The notes beneath the pieces were generated by a model that saw only the letters and a list, made by a program, of their open reading frames with translations, did not search any database and was not told the DNA's origin. This document shows positions 9,714 to 18,697 of a stretch of DNA of 64,000 nucleotides, piece after piece (positions within the stretch are counted from its first letter, which is position 1; each line of letters opens with the position of its first letter). The translations under genes and the position numbers were made by a program. Source of the DNA: Candidatus Kuenenia stuttgartensis (GTDB lineage Bacteria > Planctomycetota > Planctomycetia > Pirellulales > UBA1268); the NCBI GenBank assembly GCA_945877135.1, contig CAMCQY010000002.1, positions 22,796-86,795 of the forward strand. The letters are read 5' to 3'.

Positions 9714-10589
9714 TTAGGAGAGCCTACGGCATCGCCGCCGGTGGTGCCACTGACACTCGGGGCAGAAAAACGTCGATCGCTGCGTCTGAACGATCCGCAG
9801 GATGGCCGTTCCGCAATGGCGACATGGCTCTCCCTCGTGACCGTAGACACGGTGCTGCAACTGGAACTGCCCGGAGCGGTTGTCGGCGGTCTTGTACGTT
9901 TCGTCAGTGATCGTCGAGCCCTCCATGCGGACGGCCTCGGCGAGAATGCTCTGCGCGGCAGCCGCGATCTGCTCCCAGCGAGCGGCGCTCAGTCGGCGGC
10001 ATGGCACCCGCGGATCGATGCCCGCCGCGAAGAGAATCTCAGCGGCGTAGATGTTGCCGATGCCCGACACGGCCTGCTGGTCGAGCAGCGCCACTTTCAC
10101 CGCACGGCGAGACTGTCCCAGCCGCTCGCGAAGCTCGCCACCCGTGACAGCAAGCCCGTCTGGCCCGAGCCTCTCGGGGCCGCAGGCGGCGGAGAGGCCG
10201 CGTGCGTCGAGCAGCCGGATCGTACCCAGCCCTCGCCGGTCCCAGAACAGCAGGCGGGGGTGCTGCCGCGACTCGAGCCCGATTTCCATCCGCAGGTGGG
10301 CTTGAGTTGGCGGATCGGCCACGAGCAAGAGCCCCGTCATCCGCGGTTCGATCACCAGCCACTCGCGGCCCACCTGCTCCCGTTCGTCCAGTTCGATCGC
10401 CACCCGCTTGCCGAACCGGTGCACTGCCGCGATCCGCCGTCCCGTGAGCCGCTGTTGCATGCCCTCGGCCGCGGGCTGCATCGAGATCGGCCGCACCGTG
10501 CCGCGAGGAAACGTCGCACTTTTGATTCGCAGCCCGGCCAGATGCGCGATTCCTCGACGCATCGTTTCGACTTCAGGTAATTCAGGCAT
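9714..10589 (-). CDS. mutM: Formamidopyrimidine-DNA glycosylase
   Basis: N-terminus [14 protein letters not shown] (catalytic Pro2/Glu3). C-terminal zinc finger [25 protein letters not shown]. Confidence 0.93.
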   Translation of the reverse strand: MPELPEVETMRRGIAHLAGLRIKSATFPRGTVRPISMQPAAEGMQQRLTGRRIAAVHRFGKRVAIELDEREQVGREWLVIEPRMTGLLLVADPPTQAHLRMEIGLESRQHPRLLFWDRRGLGTIRLLDARGLSAACGPERLGPDGLAVTGGELRERLGQSRRAVKVALLDQQAVSGIGNIYAAEILFAAGIDPRVPCRRLSAARWEQIAAAAQSILAEAVRMEGSTITDETYKTADNRSGQFQLQHRVYGHEGEPCRHCGTAILRIVQTQRSTFFCPECQWHHRRRCRRLS

Positions 10590-10684
10590 ATTTCACCAGA
10601 TGTTCGATGGTAGCAATGCCGTGGCAGGCTACAATCGAAGACGACCGGTTTGTTCGACGTTCCCTCACCGCCACGGCCACGACC

Positions 10685-11932
10685 ATGACACCAGCACTCC
10701 CGTCCGCCGCGCCGCCGCTTTCGCAGGTGCCCGATACCTTGGGGAGATTCGGCCGGTTTGGCGGCCGGTATGTCCCGGAGACGCTCTCCGCGGCACTCGA
10801 GCAGCTCGAGCAGGCCTACAACGAGGCGATCGCCGATCCCGCGTTCGCGTCGGAACTCGACGGCCTGCTCTCGGCCTTCGTCGGCCGGCCCACCCCCCTG
10901 CTCTTCGCCAAGCGGCTCACCGAACTTGCCGGCGGCGCCCAGATCTACTTCAAGCGCGAGGACTTGAGCCACACCGGCGCTCACAAGATCAACAACACGC
11001 TCGGCCAAGGGCTGCTTGCCCTCCGCATGGGCAAACGGCGGATCATCGCCGAGACCGGAGCCGGCCAGCATGGCGTGGCCACGGCGACAGCCTGTGCCCG
11101 TTTCGGCCTCGACTGCGTCGTCTACATGGGGGCCGAGGACGTGCGGCGGCAGGCGCCCAACGTTCGCAACATGCGGTTCATGGGTGCCGAGGTGCGGCCG
11201 GTCGAAAGCGGCTCAAGGACGCTCCGCGATGCGATCAACGAGGCGATGCGGGACTGGATGGGGTCTGTTGAGACGACGCATTACATCATCGGTTCGGTCG
11301 TCGGCCCGCATCCCTTTCCGCGGATCGTTCGCGACTTCCAGTCGGTGATCGGCCGGGAGACGGTGGAGCAGTGCCAGCGTCAACTCGGCCGCCTGCCCGA
11401 TACCGTGGTGGCGTGCGTGGGGGGCGGCAGCAATGCGGCCGGAATGTTCTATCCCTTCGTCGATCACCACGATGTGCGGCTCGTCGGGGTCGAGGCGGGC
11501 GGCCGGTCTGGCAAGCCTGGCGACCACGCCGCCAGTCTTAGCTACGGCAGCCCCGGGATTCTCCACGGCAGTCTGAGCTACGTGCTGCAAGACGCCGACG
11601 GCCAGACGGCGGACGTCCACTCCGTTTCGGCGGGGCTCGACTATCCGGGCGTTGGTCCTGAGCACAGCTACTGGCGGGACGCCGGCCGGGTGGAATACAC
11701 GAGCGTGACCGACGCCGAGGCGCTCGATGCCTTCGACCTCGTGGCACAGCGGGAGGGTATCCTGCCGGCGCTCGAGACATCGCATGCCTTGGCCTGGGCC
11801 ATGGAGGAGGCGGGCCGGCGGCCGCCGCAGGAGATTCTCGTCGTCTGTATGTCGGGCCGCGGCGACAAGGACGCCGCAGAGATCGCCCGGCTTCGTGGGC
11901 TGTCGGCTGACGGCACAGTGGCCCCGGCATGA
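10685..11932 (+). CDS. trpB: Tryptophan synthase beta chain
   Basis: [15 protein letters not shown]-lysine motif HTGAHKINN and GGGSNAAG. Start placed at ATG 10685 (MTPALPS). Confidence 0.95.
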   Translation: MTPALPSAAPPLSQVPDTLGRFGRFGGRYVPETLSAALEQLEQAYNEAIADPAFASELDGLLSAFVGRPTPLLFAKRLTELAGGAQIYFKREDLSHTGAHKINNTLGQGLLALRMGKRRIIAETGAGQHGVATATACARFGLDCVVYMGAEDVRRQAPNVRNMRFMGAEVRPVESGSRTLRDAINEAMRDWMGSVETTHYIIGSVVGPHPFPRIVRDFQSVIGRETVEQCQRQLGRLPDTVVACVGGGSNAAGMFYPFVDHHDVRLVGVEAGGRSGKPGDHAASLSYGSPGILHGSLSYVLQDADGQTADVHSVSAGLDYPGVGPEHSYWRDAGRVEYTSVTDAEALDAFDLVAQREGILPALETSHALAWAMEEAGRRPPQEILVVCMSGRGDKDAAEIARLRGLSADGTVAPA

Positions 11933-12012
11933 CGGGCGGGCGGGCTGCACCAGATCGTCAAAATTGAGTTCGTATTGATTGAGTCATCGAGTGAGTCATC
12001 AGGAATCGATTC

Positions 12013-12852
12013 ATGTCAGCCAGTGCCCCGGCAGCCAGTCCTTCGAAAGTCTCTGTGCTCGCGGACGTGTTCACGACGCTTCGTACACAGGGCCGCGCCG
12101 CGTTGGCGCCGTTTGTGACGGCTGGCGATCCGGAAATGGAGACAACGCTCGCCGTGCTCGAGTCGCTCGACCGGGCCGGGGCCTCACTCTGTGAACTCGG
12201 CGTGCCCTACAGCGACCCGATCGCCGACGGCCCGGTGATCCAGTCGTCCTACACGCGGGCTCTGGCCGCTGGTTTCACGCTCGAGCGGCTCTTCGAACTC
12301 TCCCGGCAGGCGACGCAGCGGGTAAAGATGCCGATCCTCGCCATGGCCAGCTACTCGCTGATTTATCGCCGTGGTATCGATCGCTTTGTGGCCGATGCGA
12401 AGGCGGCGGGGCTGACGGGATTCGTGGTGCCTGACCTGCCCATCGAAGAATCAGATCAGCTCGATGCGGCCTGTCGGCAGGCTGGCCTGGCCCTTGTACG
12501 ACTTGTCACGCCCACCACACCGCCGGAGCGGGCCGAGGCGATCGCCCGGAAATCCACCGGCTTCCTCTACTGCGTGTCGGTGGCCGGGGTGACCGGGGCC
12601 CGCACGGATCTGCCCGCCGGCCTGATCGAGCGGGTGCAGTGGCTGCGGACGAAGACCGACGTGCCAATCCTCGTGGGCTTCGGGATTTCGAGTCCGGAGC
12701 AGGCTCGGGCGGTGGCGGCGGTGGCCGACGGCGTGATCGTGGGTTCGGCGGTGGTCCGCCACCTGGCCGACGCGGCGAACCACCCCCGCGAAGCGTTTCT
12801 TCGCGGGCTCGAAGGCTATGTCGGCGACCTTGTCGCGGCCACGGCGCGGTAA
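12013..12852 (+). CDS. trpA: Tryptophan synthase alpha chain
   Basis: FVTAGDPE and ELGVPYSDPIADGPVIQ motifs. Lies immediately downstream of trpB. Confidence 0.93.
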   Translation: MSASAPAASPSKVSVLADVFTTLRTQGRAALAPFVTAGDPEMETTLAVLESLDRAGASLCELGVPYSDPIADGPVIQSSYTRALAAGFTLERLFELSRQATQRVKMPILAMASYSLIYRRGIDRFVADAKAAGLTGFVVPDLPIEESDQLDAACRQAGLALVRLVTPTTPPERAEAIARKSTGFLYCVSVAGVTGARTDLPAGLIERVQWLRTKTDVPILVGFGISSPEQARAVAAVADGVIVGSAVVRHLADAANHPREAFLRGLEGYVGDLVAATAR

Positions 12853-12869
12853 TCTTTCGGAGCGGCCCG

Positions 12870-13811
12870 CTAGACCGTCGGCTCGACCAACTGCTCGGTC
12901 CATTGAGGATGCAGGCCGGCCTCCTCGACGGCGATCCCTGCCCGGAGGAGCGCGGCGACGATCTCGGAGAGAGCCCGCTGCGGGGAGTCGATCGTGGCGG
13001 CCGGTGCGAACTCGAGCGTGCAGTCGAGGATCGTGGCATCGACAGCTTCGACGTGGTCCGCCAGCCGGCCGACAAGCCGACCGATCAGGGCAACAGCCGT
13101 CTCGGCCTGGCCTGGACAGTGGAGGCGATACCGCCACGCCCGACCCGCGGAGAAGGCCGCAAAGGTCGCGGGGCCGTCGTGCAGGAGCCGTCCCTCCGCG
13201 AGCACCGCCAGATGCGTGAAACAGTCGGGCACGCGGGCATCGTCGATCGTGGCCACGACCGTGCGACCACCGATCTGAAGGTCGCCGATCAGCCGCTCGA
13301 CCGACCGTCTCTGCCGCGGGTCGAGGCCATTGAACGGGTCGTCGAGCACGAGCAGATCGGGTGCGTGCAGAAGTGCCCGGCCGATCAGCAGCAGTTTCGC
13401 CTGTCCGGCAGACAGGCCGTCGATCAACGCGGCCTCCCTGCCCTTCAGCCCCGCCAGATCGAGGGCGCGGTTCACGGCGGCCTGCAGCCCTTGGCCGGTC
13501 AGGCCCGCCGCACCGCCGAAGAGCGCCAGAAACTCGTCGGCCCGCAAGGCCGGCCACTTGGCAAGCTGCGCGGGCGCGTAGCCGAGCCGGGCTCGCACGG
13601 CATCGGGATCCCGGCGGACGGAGTGGCCGGCGAGCAGGATGTCACCGCCCTGAATCGGCATGGCCGTGGCGAGGGCTTCCAGGAGCGTGCTCTTGCCGGC
13701 GCCGTCCCGGCCGATGACGGCCAGCGTGGCGCTTGGAGGGACTTCCAGCGAGAGGCGGTCGATCACCATCTGGCCACGGCGTTCCACGATAACGCGGTCG
13801 AAGCGGATCAT
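12870..13811 (-). CDS. ABC transporter ATP-binding protein (no adjacent permease)
   Basis: Walker A GRDGAGKST, signature LSAGQAKLL and Walker B LLVLDDPFNGLD, plus a ~90-aa C-terminal extension. Confidence 0.85.
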   Translation of the reverse strand: MIRFDRVIVERRGQMVIDRLSLEVPPSATLAVIGRDGAGKSTLLEALATAMPIQGGDILLAGHSVRRDPDAVRARLGYAPAQLAKWPALRADEFLALFGGAAGLTGQGLQAAVNRALDLAGLKGREAALIDGLSAGQAKLLLIGRALLHAPDLLVLDDPFNGLDPRQRRSVERLIGDLQIGGRTVVATIDDARVPDCFTHLAVLAEGRLLHDGPATFAAFSAGRAWRYRLHCPGQAETAVALIGRLVGRLADHVEAVDATILDCTLEFAPAATIDSPQRALSEIVAALLRAGIAVEEAGLHPQWTEQLVEPTV

Positions 13812-13857
13812 GGTGCCCTCGTCTCCCGGCCCGCGGGATGTCCAGCGTCGATCGTTG

Positions 13858-15393
13858 CTACCGCAACGGAGAGGTTCGCTTGCCCAGCCGCTCGGCGGTC
13901 ATTTCCAACGATATGAGCAGACCCTTTGCCTTATTGAGCGTCTCCTGGAATTCGCTCTCCGGCACGCTGTCGGCCACGATCCCGGCACCCGACTGCACGT
14001 AGGCCTTTCCACCGGTGATCACCACCGTTCGCAGGGCGATGCAGGTATCCATCGCGCCGCTGAAGTCGATGTAGCCGACCGCCCCGGCGTAGGGGCCGCG
14101 TTTCCGGGGCTCCAGTTCGTCGATAATCTCCATGGCCCGGATCTTGGGGGCCCCCGAGACCGTGCCGGCGGGCAGGCAGGCCCGTAGGGCATCGAAGGCC
14201 GTTGTGCCTGGAGTGAGTTGGCCGCTGACATTGCTCGTGATGTGCATCACGTGGCTGTACCGCTCGATCGACATCACGTCGCTGAGCACAACCGAGCCGA
14301 TGGTCGAGACGCGGCCGACGTCGTTGCGGCCCAGGTCGATGAGCATCACATGCTCTGCCCGCTCTTTGGGGTCGGCCAGCAGGCCGGCTGCCAGGCTCGC
14401 ATCCTCTTCTGGCGTTTTCCCACGCGGTCGGGTGCCAGCCAGAGGCCGCACCGTCACCTCACCGTCGACCACGCGGACCATAATCTCGGGCGAACTGCCC
14501 ACGAGCGTGGCGGAGGGGGTTCGCAGGTAGAACATGAAGGGGCTGGGATTCACCACCCGCAGCGTGCGGTAGAGTTCGAGGGGCGGCAGGTCGAAGGGTA
14601 TCTCCAGACGCCGGCTGAGCACCACCTGGAAGATGTCGCCGGCACGGATGTATTCGATGGCCTTCTCGGCAGCGGCCAGAAACTCTTCTCGCGTCGAGGC
14701 GGCCCGGGCCGTGCCCTCGGTGAGGCAGCGGGGCTCCCGTCGCGGGCCGATGTCGGCCGCCGACGGCCAGGGGCTCGGTTGAAACAGCTGCTCGATCGTC
14801 GCGTCGATACGGCGGCACGCCTCCGCATGGCCTCTCGCCGCGGCCCCAGGGGAATCGTTCTCGACGTGGGCCAGCACGACGATGTCGAGCGACTTGGTAA
14901 CGTTGTCGAAAACGAGCAGCCGATCGTAGAAGGCGAAGCTGAGGTCGGGGAGGTGGAGATCGTCGACCGGCGGATGGGGCAGCCGCTCCGCGTATCGGAC
15001 AGAGTCGTAGGCTGCGTATCCCACGGCGCCACTGGTGAACGGCGGAAGTTCCGGCAGGTGGGCCGGTCGATGGGGCGCCATCCGCCGCTCGAGATCGGAG
15101 AGCGGGTCGGACGACTCAAACTCCTCCACCTCGTCCGAGCCGGCCCGCGTGATCCGCACTCTCGCACCGAAGGCTTCAAACCGCAGGAAGGGCTCGGCAC
15201 CGAGAAAACTGTAGCGGCCGACCTTCTCGCCACCGACAACGCTCTCGAACAGACAGGCCGATTCTCCCGCGTCGATCCTGGCAAACGCCGACAGGGGCGT
15301 CAGGCCATCGGCGAACAGCCGGCGGTAGACCGGCACGAGCCGATGGGTCTGCGCCAGGACGTCGAAGCGGTGCCGGTCGGGAAGGTGCGGCAT
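13858..15393 (-). CDS. trpE: Anthranilate synthase component I
   Basis: Chorismate-binding motifs (GAVGYIDFSGAMDTCIALRT, GAGIVADS). N-terminus LVPVYRRLFADGLTPLSAF. Start placed at ATG 15393 (MPHLPD). The ORF-track start at 15498 adds an implausible extension. Confidence 0.93.
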   Translation of the reverse strand: MPHLPDRHRFDVLAQTHRLVPVYRRLFADGLTPLSAFARIDAGESACLFESVVGGEKVGRYSFLGAEPFLRFEAFGARVRITRAGSDEVEEFESSDPLSDLERRMAPHRPAHLPELPPFTSGAVGYAAYDSVRYAERLPHPPVDDLHLPDLSFAFYDRLLVFDNVTKSLDIVVLAHVENDSPGAAARGHAEACRRIDATIEQLFQPSPWPSAADIGPRREPRCLTEGTARAASTREEFLAAAEKAIEYIRAGDIFQVVLSRRLEIPFDLPPLELYRTLRVVNPSPFMFYLRTPSATLVGSSPEIMVRVVDGEVTVRPLAGTRPRGKTPEEDASLAAGLLADPKERAEHVMLIDLGRNDVGRVSTIGSVVLSDVMSIERYSHVMHITSNVSGQLTPGTTAFDALRACLPAGTVSGAPKIRAMEIIDELEPRKRGPYAGAVGYIDFSGAMDTCIALRTVVITGGKAYVQSGAGIVADSVPESEFQETLNKAKGLLISLEMTAERLGKRTSPLR

Positions 15394-15409
15394 GGATGGA
15401 TGGATGGAT
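15394..15409. repeat. Tetranucleotide microsatellite (GGAT)4, i.e. (ATCC)4 on the trpE strand
   Basis: Plus strand reads cat GGATGGATGGATGGAT cgatg. The repeat abuts the trpE ATG on its 5' side. Confidence 0.9.
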
Positions 15410-15633
15410 CGATGCGTGCTGGGGCGGCGTGTCGCCAGGAAAACAGCCCACAGTATCGTCAGTTCCCCGCGGGCAACAAGCCCGCAGAACAGCGACAAGG
15501 ATGTGGGTTTGCGGCTCGCCGCCGCACCGAAGGCGACCTTCAGCCTGCCGGCCGCTATGATTCAGTTGAGGTTTCAGGCGCGGCGAACGCATCGAGGCGG
15601 CAGCCTCGGGACCCCAGGCAGGACGTGACAGTC

Positions 15634-16206
15634 ATGAAGTGTCAGCAGTGCGACAAGCAGGCGGTGTTCCACATCACGGAACTCGAGACCGGTGCCGTCC
15701 GTGAACTTCACCTCTGCGAGGATCACGCCCGCGTCTACCTCAACCAGACCGAGGGCGGCGGGGGCTCCGCCGACGAGGCCGAGGATGCCGCCGCAGCGGG
15801 CGGTGCCGCCGGCCAACTCGGTGTTGGCCAGACGGCCGACGAACTGGCTGCGCTCGACCAGAAGGCCTGCGACATGTGTGGGATCACGTTTTTTGAGTTT
15901 CGCAACCAGGGAAGGCTGGGCTGTCCGCACGACTACGTGCAGTTTGCCAAGGAACTGGAGCCACTGATCGTGAACATCCACGGCGCAACCGAGCACACCG
16001 GCCGGCGGCCGTCACGGTCGCCGACAACGGTGGAAACTGCCGCCGCGTCGGGCACGGCCGAACTGACCGGCGTGATCGGGCTTCGCCGAGAGATGAAAGA
16101 CGCGATTGCCTGCGAAGATTACGAAAAGGCCAAGGAAAACCGCGACGCCATCCGGGCGATCGAGGACCGTTGGATCCCCCCCGCCCGTCCGGATTCACAG
16201 GAGTGA
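15634..16206 (+). CDS. mcsA: McsA-like protein (zinc-finger plus UVR domain, arginine kinase activator)
   Basis: CQQCDKQ...LCEDH and CDMCG...GCPHDY Cys pairs. C-terminal UVR-type motif ACEDYEKAKENRDAIRAIE. Directly precedes mcsB. Confidence 0.8.
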   Translation: MKCQQCDKQAVFHITELETGAVRELHLCEDHARVYLNQTEGGGGSADEAEDAAAAGGAAGQLGVGQTADELAALDQKACDMCGITFFEFRNQGRLGCPHDYVQFAKELEPLIVNIHGATEHTGRRPSRSPTTVETAAASGTAELTGVIGLRREMKDAIACEDYEKAKENRDAIRAIEDRWIPPARPDSQE

Positions 16207-16230
16207 CGGAATGCCGTAGGGTCTTTCCGC

Positions 16231-17307
16231 ATGCAGATCATGAAACTTGACACGCTCGCCCAATCGATCGGTGAATGGCTTCGAGGCACCGGGCCGGAGT
16301 CGGATATCGTCATGAGCAGCAGGGTGCGGCTGGCCCGCAACCTGCCGCAGTATCCGTTCGTGAGCCGGGCATCCGAGCAGGACCGCGCCGACATCGAGCG
16401 GTTTCTGCGGGAACGCATCGCGATGTCTTCGGCAGGCCCGGGACTCGAATCGATCGACGTGGGCGGGCTCGAGGAAATCGACCGCCAGTTTCTCGTCGAA
16501 CGGCAGTTGATCAGTCGGGAGCACGCCGATGCCCAGGGGGCCCGGAGTGTGGCGATCGACAAGCTCGAACAGGTCAGCCTGATGATCAACGAAGAGGACC
16601 ATCTCCGCATCCAGTGCATCCACAGCGGCCTCGACCTCCGCGGCGTCTGGGAGCAGATCAAGGTGGTCGATGAACAGATCGAGCAGTTCGTGCCGTATGC
16701 CTTTCATCCACGGTTTGGCTATCTCACCGCCTGCCCGACCAATGTGGGCACCGGGATCCGCGTGAGCGTGATGCTCCACCTGCCGGCGCTGGTGATCACC
16801 CGGCAGATTGACAAGGTGTTTCGCAGCCTCCACAAGATCTCGCTGGCGGTCCGCGGCCTCTATGGCGAGGGCTCACAGGCGATGGGCGACTTCTACCAGA
16901 TCTCCAACCAGACCACGCTCGGCAAGTCGGAGGAAGAACTGGTGGAGCAGGTCGGAGACGTGGTGCCGGTGTTGATCGATTACGAGCGGCGAGCCCGGGA
17001 ATTTCTCGTCCGCGAGACGGAACAAAACGTGCACGACCAGGTGAGCCGCGCCTATGGCATTCTGCGGACCGCTCAGACGATCAGCGCCGAGGAGACGATG
17101 CAGCTGCTGTCGCGGGTGAGGATGGGCGTGCTCCTCGGGCTGATCGGCGACGTGAAGATCGCCGACATCAACTCGCTCCTCGTCCGCACCCAGCCCGCCC
17201 ACCTGCAGAAGCTGCGGGGCATCGAACTCGATACGAAAGACCGCAACATCGAGCGGGCCCGTTACCTGCGGCAGCACTTCGAGGCCGGCGGGCAGAACGT
17301 CAACTGA
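16231..17307 (+). CDS. mcsB: Protein arginine kinase (ATP:guanido phosphotransferase)
   Basis: Phosphagen-kinase catalytic motifs EEDHLRIQ and CPTNVGTGIRVSVMLHLPAL. 358 aa. Confidence 0.9.
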   Translation: MQIMKLDTLAQSIGEWLRGTGPESDIVMSSRVRLARNLPQYPFVSRASEQDRADIERFLRERIAMSSAGPGLESIDVGGLEEIDRQFLVERQLISREHADAQGARSVAIDKLEQVSLMINEEDHLRIQCIHSGLDLRGVWEQIKVVDEQIEQFVPYAFHPRFGYLTACPTNVGTGIRVSVMLHLPALVITRQIDKVFRSLHKISLAVRGLYGEGSQAMGDFYQISNQTTLGKSEEELVEQVGDVVPVLIDYERRAREFLVRETEQNVHDQVSRAYGILRTAQTISAEETMQLLSRVRMGVLLGLIGDVKIADINSLLVRTQPAHLQKLRGIELDTKDRNIERARYLRQHFEAGGQNVN

Positions 17308-17350
17308 CTATCCTCTATTTGACACGTGCGCCTTGCGAGTTGGCCGCGGT

Positions 17351-17485
17351 GAGGGGCTGGCCGGACCCTGTCGCCGGACGTTCGCTACGGGCATCCTGCC
17401 CTTCGCTCACTCGATGCTGACTGCGCTCTGGCATCCTGCCTGCGCTTGTCAGCAACGCCGGCTCTCAGGGCCCGGCCAGCCCCTC
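17351..17485. repeat. Structured intergenic repeat, family B, copy 2
   Basis: 20-bp closing stem GAGGGGCTGGCCGGACCCTG / CAGGGCCCGGCCAGCCCCTC (1 mismatch) around the same core as copies 1 and 3. Internal hairpins are GGGCA-TCC-TGCCC, TGCTGAC/GTCAGCA and GGCA-TCC-TGCC. Confidence 0.85.
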
Positions 17486-17550
17486 ACGGATTCTGCTACC
17501 GAGCTGCGCGTGGCATCCTGCCATGCCGATCAACGAGGGCGGTCTCCGTC

Positions 17551-17644
17551 CCCATCCAAGCCCGCAGCGCAAGCAAGGGAATACGGATAGCCTTACGGGA
17601 TAGGCAGCGGATTTCCCTCGCTCGCGCGTCGGGCTTGCATGGGA
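17551..17644. repeat. Family A hairpin repeat, copy 3
   Basis: Arms CCCATCCAAGCCCGCAGCGCAAGCAAGGGAAT (17551-17582) and TTTCCCTCGCTCGCGCGTCGGGCTTGCATGGGA (17612-17644). Confidence 0.85.
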
Positions 17645-17745
17645 GTGTGACGAAGCAGTCTTGCGGGGGCCCGCCCGGCGCGTCATCCCTGCGAGTGACC
17701 CCCGCGAGTCAGCCCTGCGACATCCAGCCAGCCATCATGCCGGGA

Positions 17746-18258
17746 TTATGCCGGGCCGGAGAGCGTGCGGCGGAGCGGGGCTACCACTGGCGGCGGCACG
17801 AATTTGAGCAGCGCGTCGTCGTCGGCCAGCGGCGTGATCTGTTTGAGCAGCGACGATGAAATGTGCGAATACTGGGCGTCGGCCATCAGGAATACCGTCT
17901 CAACCGCCGGATCGAGCTTCCGATTGGCCAGCGTCATGGTGAACTCCGCATCGATGTCGGTCAGCGACCGCACGCCGCGCAGGAGCACGTGGGCCCCCTG
18001 CTCGCGCACGAAAGCCACTGACAGTCCGCTGAACAGTTCGACGCGGACGTTGGGCAGGCCGGCAACGGATTCGCGGACGAGTTGCACCCGTTCGGCCAGC
18101 GAGAAGATGGGCTGCTTCTCCGGGTTGATGCCAACGCCGACGACGATCGCATCGAAGATTCGGCTGGCCCGCTCGATGACGTCGAGATGACCGAGGGTGA
18201 TCGGGTCGAAAGATCCGGTGTAGACGGCGGTGCGGCGGTGGGGGGCGTGCTGGACCAC
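17746..18258 (-). CDS. coaD: Phosphopantetheine adenylyltransferase
   Basis: AVYTGSFDPITLGHLDVIERA nucleotidyltransferase motif. Size of ~160-170 aa fits. Confidence 0.92.
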   Translation of the reverse strand: MVQHAPHRRTAVYTGSFDPITLGHLDVIERASRIFDAIVVGVGINPEKQPIFSLAERVQLVRESVAGLPNVRVELFSGLSVAFVREQGAHVLLRGVRSLTDIDAEFTMTLANRKLDPAVETVFLMADAQYSHISSSLLKQITPLADDDALLKFVPPPVVAPLRRTLSGPA

Positions 18259-18466
18259 GGTGGCGAGGGCTCCGGGAGTCGTCGGGGTGGGCTGACAAGG
18301 CCGCGAATGGTGTTTCCGTCAGACGGGCGTCAAGGCCGTAAGGACGCCCTGAAGAACGTCCTGAAGAACGCCGTGGGTCGCAGGGCGATGGCATCCTCCG
18401 AGATAGCCGATATCGTAAGGGAACTGCCGGTGTTGCAAATGCCCGTGTGCTGGAGGTACGGACCCC

Positions 18467-18652
18467 GTGTCGAAATTGATGCCATTTGTCGGGATGATCA
18501 TGTCGGGGCTTGTCGCGATCCTGTTCCTCGCCGATCTGGCGGCTGGGTTTCCATTTCAGAGGGTCAGCATCCTGACCGACATCGGTTTTATTGTCAGCAG
18601 TGCGATTCTGGCCTACATGAGTTGGACGATCATGGAGAAGCCGCGCCGGTGA
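18467..18652 (+). CDS. Small two-TM membrane protein (hypothetical)
   Basis: 61 aa with two hydrophobic segments (FVGMIMSGLVAILFLADLAAGF, IGFIVSSAILAYMSW). Not antisense to any better gene. Confidence 0.4.
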   Translation: MSKLMPFVGMIMSGLVAILFLADLAAGFPFQRVSILTDIGFIVSSAILAYMSWTIMEKPRR

Positions 18653-18697
18653 ACCGGTAGGGGTGAGGGGCGGCCAGACCATCCGCCAGGCCGCCAG

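Noticed and set aside
14218-15633. N-terminal 470 aa of the 662-aa plus-strand ORF 14218..16206
   Set aside because: It is antisense to trpE. Only the 3' part from ATG 15634 (McsA-like, with Cys pairs and a UVR motif) is credible.
15410-15633. Trp leader peptide or attenuator upstream of trpE, and likewise at 10590-10684 for trpB
   Set aside because: I found no short ORF with tandem Trp codons and no terminator/antiterminator pair.
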